Below, piece by piece: positions 37,585 through 46,243 of a stretch of DNA of 64,000 nucleotides. The translations under genes and the position numbers were made by a program. The notes under the pieces are model-generated. The model searched no databases. It was not told the origin of the DNA and was given only the letters and a program-made list of their open reading frames with translations. The DNA comes from Candidatus Pacearchaeota archaeon (lineage in GTDB: Archaea > Nanobdellota > Nanobdellia > Pacearchaeales > GW2011-AR1), in the NCBI GenBank assembly GCA_018303845.1, contig JAGVXH010000004.1, forward strand, positions 261,165-325,164, given 5' to 3'. Position 1 is the stretch's first letter. Each line of letters starts with the position of its first letter.

Positions 37585-40227
37585 TTATTTCTCTAATCTC
37601 TTGTTAAGTTCCCTAACCCTATCCCTCAAATACATCGCCCTCTCAAAATCAAGCATCTCCGCAGCCTCCCTCATATCAGCCTCCAACTCAATAATAACAT
37701 TCTTCACTTCCGCCTTAGGTATACTCTTAGTATCCTTAATCTCAATCTTCTTATCTCTTATAGGTTTTACAATCGTCATCGGCGTAATCCCATGTTTCAA
37801 ATTATAAGCAATCTGTTTCGCCCGCCTTCTCTCAGTTTCCTTAATCGCTTCCTTAATCGACCCAGTAACAACATCAGCATACAAAACAACTTTAGCCTCC
37901 GAATTCCGAGCAGCCCTCCCAATTATCTGAATCAAACTTCTCTTATCTCGCAAGAACCCCTCCTTATCAGCGTCAAGCACCCCAACAAATCCAATCTCCG
38001 GAATATCAATTCCCTCTCGCAATAAATTAATCCCAACAAGTACATCAAACTTACCCAACCGTAGCTCCCGCAAAATCTCCGTCCTCTCAAACGTATCAAT
38101 CTCCGAATGCATATACCGACACTTAACCCCATTCTCCCCCAAAAAATCCGTCAACTCCTCCGCCATCCTCTTAGTAAGAGTCGTAAGCATAACCCGAAAC
38201 CCCTTCTTAACAGCCTTATCAATCTCAACCAAACAATCCCTCACCTGCCCCCCATAAGATTCGCGTCCATTCGCGGCTAAAATCTCACCCAGCAACTCAG
38301 AAAACTCCATGTTCTCACCATTCCCCCTGTTTGTAAAATGTCCCCTATCTTTCAATACAACAGACTTAACACCAAGCGCCTTAGAATAAATTTTAACAGA
38401 TTCTCTAATGCTCTTAGCATCATCAGAAGATTCAATTATAACAATGTCAGAAACTCTATTTGAAATTTTTTTATCAATCTTAAAATCATAAAACTCCTCA
38501 GCCTCCCATTCCTCCGTCCCCTTGTTCTTACAAGCAGCCGCAACCAAAATCAACTTCTTAACCTTCCTCTTAGTTTGCCCAAGCCACCGAACCAAAAAAG
38601 CCGCACCGGCACTAGCCCCAACCAAAACAGAATTCTCATCAACATCAATCTTTTCAAACTCTGCCTTCCACTTCTCATAATCAGGCTTCCAATTCTCAGG
38701 CATCAAAGGAGTAAATACGGCAGCACCTTTTTTCTCAAGTTCTGACTTAATCCAAGGAAACCAATTTCTTTCATTCTGCTCAGGCAAGCTATACCTCTTC
38801 ATATTCTCTCTATCATTAGGATTGGCCCCATGCACAATAACAACATTCCCCAAGCCCCCAGCGCAGCTGAGCTCTTCCACCGAAGGTGAGCCCTTCCGAC
38901 CACGAGCCCTTCCAGCAGAGCTGAGCCCCTCCGTAGAACTAATAGGTCGAATTTCGACCTCGGGATCAATTAGTCCTGTAGGCCTAATTATCTGTTCTAC
39001 GACGTTAGAAGAGCAACGCTCTTCGTATTCCCCAGGCGTCGCACTCACAAAAACAGTCGAATTCCCCTTCATATACTTTTCAAACTCACCAAACTTCAAC
39101 GGCCGATTGTCATATGCCGAAGTCAACCGAAATCCATAATCAATCAAATTCTTCTTCCGTGCCCGGTCCCCATTAAACATACCACCAACCTGCGGAACCG
39201 ACCGATGACTCTCGTCAATAATAAAAAGAAAATCCCCCTTAGGAAAATAGTCAAGCAAACAAAAAGCCTGTTCACCCTCACGCCTTCCATCAAAATGCCG
39301 CGAATAATTTTCAATTCCCTTGCAAGTCCCAGTCTCCTTCAACATCTCCAAATCATAAAGCGTCCTCTGTTTCAACCGATGTTTAACCAACTCATCGCTA
39401 ATCTCAGCCAAGTCAATCTTCAACTGTTCCCGAATTTCCAAAGCAGCCTTATCAAAAACACTCTCTGGCACAACATAATTACGCGCAGGCCAAACATGAA
39501 AATACTTCATATCACTAAGCTTCTCACCAGTCACCTTATCAATCTCAAAAATTTTCTCAACCTCATCTCCAAAAAATTCAATCCTAATAATATTTTCCGA
39601 ATATCCAGGAATAAAATCAATAACATCTCCCTTAACTCTGAAGCGCCCTTGAATTAAATCCAAATCATTCCGTTCAAAAGCTCCACTAACCAACTTCCCA
39701 ATAAAATCCTTCCTTCCAATCTTCTCGCCAACTTCAACAGGAAACCCCATAGACCGAAACATTTTAGGGTCACTCATTCCATAAATACAACTAACACTCG
39801 CAACAACAATAACGTCACTTCGAGTCAAAAGACTAGCAACAGTCGCATGCCTCATCATCTCAATTCGCGGATTAATCGCCGAATCTTTCTCAATATACTG
39901 ATCCTTCGCAGGCAAATAACTCTCCGGCTGATAATAATCATAATACGAAATAAAATACTCAACCCGGTTCTCAGGAAAAAACTCCCGCATCTCCTCATAA
40001 AGCTGAGCCGCAAGTGTCTTATTATGGGCCAAAATCAAAGTAGGCCTCCCAACCTTCGCAATAACATTCGCCATCGTAAAAGTCTTCCCTGACCCAGTCA
40101 CACCCAAAAGAGTCTGCATATTCTTACCTTCTCGGATCCCATCAACTAAACCAGCAATCGCCACAGGCTGGTCCCCAGTAGGTTTAAACTTCGATTTCAA
40201 CTTAAACTTTCGCTTTTCAATTTCCAT
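37585..40227 (-). CDS. uvrB: excinuclease ABC subunit B with an in-frame alpha/beta serine-hydrolase domain insert of about 229 aa
   Basis: GVTGSGKTFTMA, YYDYYQPE, DESH, TTLTKRMAEELT, the helicase C motifs and a UVR domain. 880 aa versus the usual ~660; the insert lies at about 38254-38943. Confidence 0.9.
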   Translation of the reverse strand: MEIEKRKFKLKSKFKPTGDQPVAIAGLVDGIREGKNMQTLLGVTGSGKTFTMANVIAKVGRPTLILAHNKTLAAQLYEEMREFFPENRVEYFISYYDYYQPESYLPAKDQYIEKDSAINPRIEMMRHATVASLLTRSDVIVVASVSCIYGMSDPKMFRSMGFPVEVGEKIGRKDFIGKLVSGAFERNDLDLIQGRFRVKGDVIDFIPGYSENIIRIEFFGDEVEKIFEIDKVTGEKLSDMKYFHVWPARNYVVPESVFDKAALEIREQLKIDLAEISDELVKHRLKQRTLYDLEMLKETGTCKGIENYSRHFDGRREGEQAFCLLDYFPKGDFLFIIDESHRSVPQVGGMFNGDRARKKNLIDYGFRLTSAYDNRPLKFGEFEKYMKGNSTVFVSATPGEYEERCSSNVVEQIIRPTGLIDPEVEIRPISSTEGLSSAGRARGRKGSPSVEELSCAGGLGNVVIVHGANPNDRENMKRYSLPEQNERNWFPWIKSELEKKGAAVFTPLMPENWKPDYEKWKAEFEKIDVDENSVLVGASAGAAFLVRWLGQTKRKVKKLILVAAACKNKGTEEWEAEEFYDFKIDKKISNRVSDIVIIESSDDAKSIRESVKIYSKALGVKSVVLKDRGHFTNRGNGENMEFSELLGEILAANGRESYGGQVRDCLVEIDKAVKKGFRVMLTTLTKRMAEELTDFLGENGVKCRYMHSEIDTFERTEILRELRLGKFDVLVGINLLREGIDIPEIGFVGVLDADKEGFLRDKRSLIQIIGRAARNSEAKVVLYADVVTGSIKEAIKETERRRAKQIAYNLKHGITPMTIVKPIRDKKIEIKDTKSIPKAEVKNVIIELEADMREAAEMLDFERAMYLRDRVRELNKRLEK
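38869..38932. repeat. 4 copies of GAGC(C/T)C(T/C)TCC at 16-19 nt spacing, in frame at the N-terminal border of the UvrB insert
   Basis: Copies start at 38869, 38888, 38904 and 38923. On the minus strand they encode EGLSSAGRARGRKGSPSVEELS. Confidence 0.9.
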
Positions 40228-40270
40228 AAAAAAGCAAGAAATTCAGACTATAAGAAATTTTTGTTAACAA

Positions 40271-41908
40271 TCACTCCCGAATCTTCTTGCCCCGAAGCAA
40301 CCTCTGATAACCAATCGCAAACCGATGTGCCTCATCCCGAATCTCAATCAACAATTTTAAAGCCCCACTCTTTTTATCTAGCCTAACCTCTCTTCCCAAA
40401 CCCCCATGCCCCCATACCCCCAAATCCCCATCTTGCCGTTTTGGCAAGATTACAGTCTCTTCGGCCTTAGCCAAACCAATAACCTCAATTCCCAATTTCA
40501 ATTCCTCCAAAACCCCAACCGCAACCCCAAGTTGCCCCTTCCCTCCATCAACAACAATCAAATCCGGGGCCTCCATTTTTTCATCCCGAGCTTCCGAACT
40601 CCCAATCCCCCGAACTTCCGCCAAGCGATGATATCGTCGCGAGATAACTTCCCTCATCGCAGCATAATCGTCATTAACATCCCCGCCACGAATTCGAAAC
40701 TTCCGATAATTACTTTTATCCGCAACACCATCCCTAAACTGAACCATCGAAGCAACAACATCAGTCCCACTCAAATGCGAAACATCAAAACACTCAATCA
40801 CTCTAGGCAACTTAATCAATCCCAACTTCTCCTTCAACTCCTTAACCTTATCAACATTCCCAAAAACCGCCAAATCAACATTCTTCTTCACAAGCTCCAA
40901 TAGCTTAACTTTCTCTCCCATCTTTGGCACAACAACTTTTCCGCCAAGTCTCTCAATAAATTCCTTCAATCCAGAATCAACATCTTCGGGCAACACAACC
41001 TCTTTTGGACAATCATAGTCCGAATAAAACTGAACCAAAAATTCCTCCAAAAAATTAGGACTCCAATCAAACTCAAAAAACTGCTTATTCTCTAGTATAC
41101 CTCTTCTAGCATTAAACAAAATCAAGTATACCTTATCTCCAGAAATAATCCAATTAATAAAATCCTCATCATACTTCTTATCCCTCTCCATCTTCTGCTT
41201 CTCACCCAAATCCTTAATCGCCCTAATCTGCTCTCTCAAAATAAGCGCTCTCTCAAAATCTTTGTCAATAGAAAATCCTTTCATTCTCTTCGACAAAATC
41301 TCAACAACAGCCTTAGTCTTGCCCTTCAAAACCATTTCGGCATTCTTAACATTCTCCAAATAATCCGTCTTGCTAATCTTCCCCTCGCACGGTCCAGAAC
41401 AAAGTCCAATCTGAAACCTCATACAAACTTTTTTAGGCAACTTTACGCAAGTTCGAATCTTAAAAATTTTCCTAAGCGCATGCAAAACATAATCTCTCGA
41501 CATCCCAGAAACAAACGGCCCATAAAATCTCGAAGCTCTTTCTAATTTCGAATCTCTAATCTCTAATCTCTTTCGTGCAATCAAAAGTCGCGGGAACATT
41601 TCTCCCGTGACTTGCACGAACGCATACCTCTTGCTATCCTTCAAGTCAATATTATATTTAGGCTTATACTTCTTAATCAAATTATTCTCCAATATCAAGG
41701 CCTCAACCTCAGAATCCGTAACAACAAATTCAACAGAATCAATATGTGAAACCAAAACATTAGTCTTAACAGACTCGTGCTCTTTAGCAAAATAACTCTT
41801 AACTCGGTTTACCAAACTCTTCGCTTTTCCAACATAAATAACTTTATCCTTAGAATCCTTAAACAAATAACATCCAGGATTTTTAGGAATTTCCTTTAGA
41901 TTAATCAT
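40271..41908 (-). CDS. uvrC: excinuclease ABC subunit C
   Basis: GIY-YIG N-terminus ([24 protein letters not shown]), a UVR-like segment, the endonuclease domain (ECFDVSH) and C-terminal IRDEAHRFAI. Contains two repeat-derived in-frame inserts. Confidence 0.9.
   Translation of the reverse strand: MINLKEIPKNPGCYLFKDSKDKVIYVGKAKSLVNRVKSYFAKEHESVKTNVLVSHIDSVEFVVTDSEVEALILENNLIKKYKPKYNIDLKDSKRYAFVQVTGEMFPRLLIARKRLEIRDSKLERASRFYGPFVSGMSRDYVLHALRKIFKIRTCVKLPKKVCMRFQIGLCSGPCEGKISKTDYLENVKNAEMVLKGKTKAVVEILSKRMKGFSIDKDFERALILREQIRAIKDLGEKQKMERDKKYDEDFINWIISGDKVYLILFNARRGILENKQFFEFDWSPNFLEEFLVQFYSDYDCPKEVVLPEDVDSGLKEFIERLGGKVVVPKMGEKVKLLELVKKNVDLAVFGNVDKVKELKEKLGLIKLPRVIECFDVSHLSGTDVVASMVQFRDGVADKSNYRKFRIRGGDVNDDYAAMREVISRRYHRLAEVRGIGSSEARDEKMEAPDLIVVDGGKGQLGVAVGVLEELKLGIEVIGLAKAEETVILPKRQDGDLGVWGHGGLGREVRLDKKSGALKLLIEIRDEAHRFAIGYQRLLRGKKIRE
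40395..40450. repeat. degenerate (CCCCCAWA)4 run followed by an 8-bp hairpin, in frame in uvrC
   Basis: cccaaacccccatgcccccatacccccaaatcccc at 40395-40429. Stem atcttgcc (40430-40437) pairs with ggcaagat (40443-40450). Encodes ILPKRQDGDLGVWGHGGLG. Confidence 0.9.
41541..41570. repeat. TAATCTC-type run, in frame in uvrC
   Basis: tctaatttcgaatctctaatctctaatctc encodes RLEIRDSKLE. This is inserted between the conserved FPRL..R and YFGPF segments. Confidence 0.85.
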
Positions 41909-42015
41909 GTCCCCACCTTACGCATAGCAATTTAGAAACGTATTTCGAATTCATAATAATGATATGAAGAATATCAAGTTTAAAACATTAATCCAATAAA
42001 TTAATTTTAATATTT

Positions 42016-42597
42016 TTATTTTAAATATACTTTTCTTTTCATCCAAAAAAAACTTGCAGTTAATCCGGCAAGGAACAATATGCTACCAGCCCAAGAGGTT
42101 GAATTGATGGATAAGTTTGCAATCGAATTACCTGTTATGTGAGAGGATAACAAAAACATTCCCCCAATAAGTCCGACAGTAGCCACAACACCACTATATT
42201 TTGTCATCCCAGATACAGCTTGTTTTTCTCCATATTTACCATCACTTGCTCTATAGAGAAGACCTTGCAAAGAGTTAATTTTCTCCTGTTCGTCCCCAGA
42301 TAGAAGTCGATGTGGGCATGTATCATATATGTCAACTTTCGTATGTCCAATTTCGTCCATCCGGTCTAAAACTTTATTGGCGAGATTATAAAAATGATCA
42401 GCCTTCTCAGCGGATAATTCTTTTTTTGCTTTCTCCGCTCGCGATAAAATATAATATATAGCTGAAAAAGTTCTAGGGTCCTGAGAGTTCGGATTATCTA
42501 GCGTTTCCTCCAAAAAACGAATATTTTTTTTCACATCACACGGCTTTTCATTTATGAATTTTCCCGCACCTCCAATACACCCCTTTTTTCTCCCCAT
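42016..42597 (-). CDS. hypothetical protein with two C-terminal TM helices
   Basis: 193 aa ORF lying between intact uvrC and a duplicated uvrC 5' fragment. Composition is discordant with neighbouring genes. Confidence 0.45.
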   Translation of the reverse strand: MGRKKGCIGGAGKFINEKPCDVKKNIRFLEETLDNPNSQDPRTFSAIYYILSRAEKAKKELSAEKADHFYNLANKVLDRMDEIGHTKVDIYDTCPHRLLSGDEQEKINSLQGLLYRASDGKYGEKQAVSGMTKYSGVVATVGLIGGMFLLSSHITGNSIANLSINSTSWAGSILFLAGLTASFFWMKRKVYLK

Positions 42598-42634
42598 ATT
42601 ATGCTAAATAGAATATGCTTTAAATAAATATCTG

Positions 42635-42754
42635 AAAATAACTCTTAACCCGGTTTACCAAAACCTTCGCCTTCCCAACATAAATAATTTTGCCCTTAGA
42701 ATCCTTAAACAAATAACATCCAGGATTTTTAGGAGCATGCCCTAAATCTATCAT
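42635..42754 (-). pseudogene. diverged duplicate of the uvrC 5' end (first ~40 codons)
   Basis: The minus strand reads [40 protein letters not shown], then QIFI*. The intact UvrC has [40 protein letters not shown]. Confidence 0.85.
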
Positions 42755-42868
42755 AACACAGCAAAGACAATACACGTTAAATACTTTTCATAATCCATAA
42801 ATTTCCAATACTCCAATTCAAATCAGACCCTTAATAAGATTTATAAAAAACAATAAACAATAAACAAT

Positions 42869-43144
42869 ATGAAAAACAATAAACTTTTCTTAATAACACT
42901 AGCAATTATATTAACCTTAGCAGTTATCACAACCCTAGCCTTATTTTGTTTCAAATCACAGTCACTGGACGAAAACTCACAAACAGTCCCAGTAGCAATT
43001 GCAAATCCAGCCGCAACATTTTGCATCGAACAAGGCGGAGAGTCAAAAATCAAAACAAACGAAGACGGCTCCCAATCTGGACTATGTATAATCGACGGCC
43101 AAGAATATGACGACTGGGAATATTTCAGAAACAACCAAAAATAA
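42869..43144 (+). CDS. DUF333-like small secreted/lipoprotein-type protein
   Basis: N-terminal hydrophobic signal, then ANPAATFCIEQGG...GLCIIDGQEYDDWEYFR, the DUF333 pattern as I recall it. Confidence 0.65.
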   Translation: MKNNKLFLITLAIILTLAVITTLALFCFKSQSLDENSQTVPVAIANPAATFCIEQGGESKIKTNEDGSQSGLCIIDGQEYDDWEYFRNNQK

Positions 43145-43159
43145 ATATTTCAATTTCCT

Positions 43160-43198
43160 TTACATAACCTTCCCCAAAAACTTCCAACTCCAACTCCT
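43160..43198 (-). pseudogene. short diverged duplicate of the uvrA 3' end
   Basis: The minus strand reads RSWSWKFLGKVM* followed by AGGAAA. The intact uvrA ends KSWTGKFLGKVM* followed by GGAAAG, 137 nt upstream. Confidence 0.5.
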
Positions 43199-43253
43199 CT
43201 CTAACCCTCACAGCCTCCCTCTCCCTCTCATTCCCACAATCTTGTCTCGCCAT

Positions 43254-43287
43254 AAAATCCGTGTAATCCGTGTAATCTGTGGCTAAA
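43254..43287. repeat. AATCCGTGT x2 plus AATCTGTGGCTAAA directly behind the uvrA stop
   Basis: aaaatccgtgtaatccgtgtaatctgtggctaaa. The uvrA stop is at 43297-43299. Confidence 0.9.
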
Positions 43288-43296
43288 TTTCTTTCC

Positions 43297-46092
43297 TTAC
43301 ATAACCTTCCCTAAAAATTTCCCCGTCCATGATTTCTTATTCAAGACCACCTCTTCCGGAGTCCCAACTGCCACCACAGTCCCCCCACCTTCCCCGCCCT
43401 CGGGCCCCAAATCAATCACATAATCCGCAGTCTTAATCACATCCAAATTATGCTCAATCACAACCATCGTATTCCCCTTCTCAACCAAACTATCAATCAC
43501 TCGAAGCAACTTCTTAACATCATGAAAATGAAGCCCAGTCGTAGGTTCATCCAAAATATACAAAGTCCGACCAGTTCCCCTTTTCGCCAACTCTTTAGTT
43601 AACTTAATCCTCTGACTCTCTCCACCAGAAAGCGTCGTAGAACTTTGCCCGAGCTTAATATATTCCAGCCCCACCTTTTTCAAAGTCTCAATCTTCCCAT
43701 GAATAGAAGAAACATTTTCAAAAATTACCAATGCCTCTTCTACGCTCATATCCAAAACATCCGCAATATTTTTTCCCTTAAATAAAATATCCAAAGTGTC
43801 CCGATTATACCGCTTTCCCTTACATTCCTCACATTCAACATAAACGTCCGGCAAAAAATGCATCTCAATTTTAATCGTCCCATCGCCCTTACATCTTTCA
43901 CAACGACCTCCACTGACATTAAACGAAAACCTTCCAGGCCCATATCCCCGAATCTTCGCCTCTTTAGTCGAAGCAAACAACTTCCTAATTTCATCAAATA
44001 CTCCAACATAAGTAGCAGGGTTCGACCGTGGCGTCTTCCCGATCGGCGACTGATTAATCACAATCACCTTATCAATTTTCTCATCCAAAGAAATTTCCTT
44101 ATGCTTCCCAACCAAAATCTTCGATCCCTTATTCAACTTCTTCTCCATTCCCTTATACAAAATCTCATTCATTAGCGTAGACTTTCCAGAACCCGAAACT
44201 CCAGTTATACAATTTAAAATTCCAATCGGAATATTAACATCAATATTTTTCAAATTATTTTCCGAACATCCTTTCAGCCGAATATACTTATTACTCGCTC
44301 GCCTTCGAAGTGGCGTCTCAACCTTCAACTCACCAGAAAGATATTTCCCAGTCAAACTCTTTTCATTCTTCTCAATTTCCTTCGGAGTTCCAGCCGCAAC
44401 AATTTCGCCCCCATGAATCCCGGCACCAGGCCCAACATCAACAACATAGTCCGCAGCCCGAATCGTATCCTCGTCATGCTCAACAACAATCAAACTGTTT
44501 CCCAAATCCCGAAGCCGATGCAGTGTCTCAATTAACTTAGCATTATCCCTTTGATGCAAACCAATCGACGGCTCATCTAAAACATACATCACTCCCATCA
44601 GGTTCGCCCCAATCTGCGTAGCAAGCCGAATTCTCTGCGCCTCACCCCCACTCAAACTCCCAGCCGTTCTAGACAAATTCAAATATCCAAGTCCAACATT
44701 ATTCAAAAAACTAAGCCGACTTCGAATCTCCTTCAAAATCAAATTCGCAATCTCCATCTCTTTATCAGAGAGCTTCAAGTTCTCAAAAAACTCCGCACAC
44801 TTCCCAATCGACATCTCAGTCACATTCACAATATTCTTATCCAATATTTTAATTGACAAAATCTTTTCTTTCAGTCGCTTCCCTTCACAACTAGGACAAG
44901 TCTTAGACCTCTGAAACTTCTCAAGCATCCGTCTTCGATAATCACTATCAGTTGACTTATACAATCTCTCCGACTGCGGAATCAAACCCTCCCATCCTTC
45001 TTCCATATTCATATTCGCTCCGCTAGACCACTTCGCAAAAATCGGCCTCTTGTCGCCATACATCAAAATCTCATATTGCTTCTCACTCATGTTACAAACC
45101 GGCTTCATAATATTAAACCCAAAACTTTTCCCTACCGCACCCAACTGCTGAATCCTCCAAGAATTATCCATCTTCCCATAAAGCTTAATCGCCCCGTCCG
45201 CTATCGTCTCATCCTCGTCAGGAATAATCAACTCAGGATCAAACTCAGTCTTAACGCCAAGCCCATGACATTCCTCACACGCGCCAAAAGGACTATTGAA
45301 CGAAAACATTCTTGGCTGCAACTCTTCAAAAGCAAGCCCACACTCAGGACAAGCCATGACAGTAGAATAAATATGCAACTTCCCCTTCTCATCAAGAACT
45401 TCAATCATCCCACCTTCGCTAACCTTCGCCGCATTCTCAATCGCCTCACTAAGTCGTCCAGAGTCAGTCACATTAACTCTATCAACAACAATAGCAATAT
45501 CATGTTTCACATATCTCCCCATCTTAATCGTCTCATCAGTCCGATAAATCACACCATCAACTCGAACCCGCGCCCAACCATCCCGATTCAAACCCAAAAT
45601 AACCTGCTCATGCGTCCCCTTCTTGTCAACAACAACAGGCGCCAAAATAGTAACATTCCCCTCAACCTCATTCCCAATCCGGTCACTAATCCTTTGAGGA
45701 GAACTCGACTCAATTTTACAACCATGCTCAGGGCAATAAGCAGTCCCAACTCTAGCAAAAAGCAATCTTAAATAATCATAAATCTCAGTCACAGTCCCAA
45801 CAGTTGACCGCGGATTTTTACTCGTCGTCTTCTGCTCAATAGAAATAGCAGGGCTAAGCCCCTCGATAGAATCGACATCAGGCTTATTCATAACGCCCAA
45901 AAACTGCCGAGCATAAGCCGAAAGCGATTCAACATAACGCCTCTGCCCTTCAGCATAAAGCGTATCAAATGCGAGAGTAGACTTCCCCGAACCAGACAGC
46001 CCAGTAATAACTACAAACTTCTCTCGTGGCAAATCAATGCTCACATTTTTCAAATTGTGTTCTCGTGCTCCCTTAATTCGTATCTGTTTCAT
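43297..46092 (-). CDS. uvrA: excinuclease ABC subunit A
   Basis: Two ABC modules (GLSGSGKSTLAFDT and GVSGSGKSTL), LSGGE signatures and Zn-finger Cys pairs. Start placed at MKQIRIKGAREHNLKN; the tracked ORF extends to 46122. Confidence 0.9.
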   Translation of the reverse strand: MKQIRIKGAREHNLKNVSIDLPREKFVVITGLSGSGKSTLAFDTLYAEGQRRYVESLSAYARQFLGVMNKPDVDSIEGLSPAISIEQKTTSKNPRSTVGTVTEIYDYLRLLFARVGTAYCPEHGCKIESSSPQRISDRIGNEVEGNVTILAPVVVDKKGTHEQVILGLNRDGWARVRVDGVIYRTDETIKMGRYVKHDIAIVVDRVNVTDSGRLSEAIENAAKVSEGGMIEVLDEKGKLHIYSTVMACPECGLAFEELQPRMFSFNSPFGACEECHGLGVKTEFDPELIIPDEDETIADGAIKLYGKMDNSWRIQQLGAVGKSFGFNIMKPVCNMSEKQYEILMYGDKRPIFAKWSSGANMNMEEGWEGLIPQSERLYKSTDSDYRRRMLEKFQRSKTCPSCEGKRLKEKILSIKILDKNIVNVTEMSIGKCAEFFENLKLSDKEMEIANLILKEIRSRLSFLNNVGLGYLNLSRTAGSLSGGEAQRIRLATQIGANLMGVMYVLDEPSIGLHQRDNAKLIETLHRLRDLGNSLIVVEHDEDTIRAADYVVDVGPGAGIHGGEIVAAGTPKEIEKNEKSLTGKYLSGELKVETPLRRRASNKYIRLKGCSENNLKNIDVNIPIGILNCITGVSGSGKSTLMNEILYKGMEKKLNKGSKILVGKHKEISLDEKIDKVIVINQSPIGKTPRSNPATYVGVFDEIRKLFASTKEAKIRGYGPGRFSFNVSGGRCERCKGDGTIKIEMHFLPDVYVECEECKGKRYNRDTLDILFKGKNIADVLDMSVEEALVIFENVSSIHGKIETLKKVGLEYIKLGQSSTTLSGGESQRIKLTKELAKRGTGRTLYILDEPTTGLHFHDVKKLLRVIDSLVEKGNTMVVIEHNLDVIKTADYVIDLGPEGGEGGGTVVAVGTPEEVVLNKKSWTGKFLGKVM

Positions 46093-46243
46093 GGTGTCTC
46101 CCAAAGAATAAACAATATCCAAAGAGAAATACGACCTTTAAATTTGTTCCGTTTACAATATTATCAACAACCTAAAGGGTTAAAAATCAAAATTTCCCCA
46201 AACAATAAGGTGATCAGCCACAGACTGTTTCTGTAAATTCAAA

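Noticed and set aside
38254-38943. Inteins as the explanation for the UvrB insert, the LeuRS insert (34368-34796), or any extra length in PolB.
   Set aside because: The insert borders lack an N-terminal Cys/Ser nucleophile with block A. They also lack a C-terminal His-Asn followed by Cys/Ser/Thr, and there are no homing-endonuclease motifs. PolB is of ordinary length with contiguous motifs.
43201-43253. A small minus-strand ORF (MARQDCGNEREREAV...) starting right after the AATCCGTGT element behind uvrA.
   Set aside because: It is about 42 codons of low complexity and runs antisense into the 3' end of the DUF333 gene. It is more likely filler between the uvrA stop and the uvrA 3' remnant.
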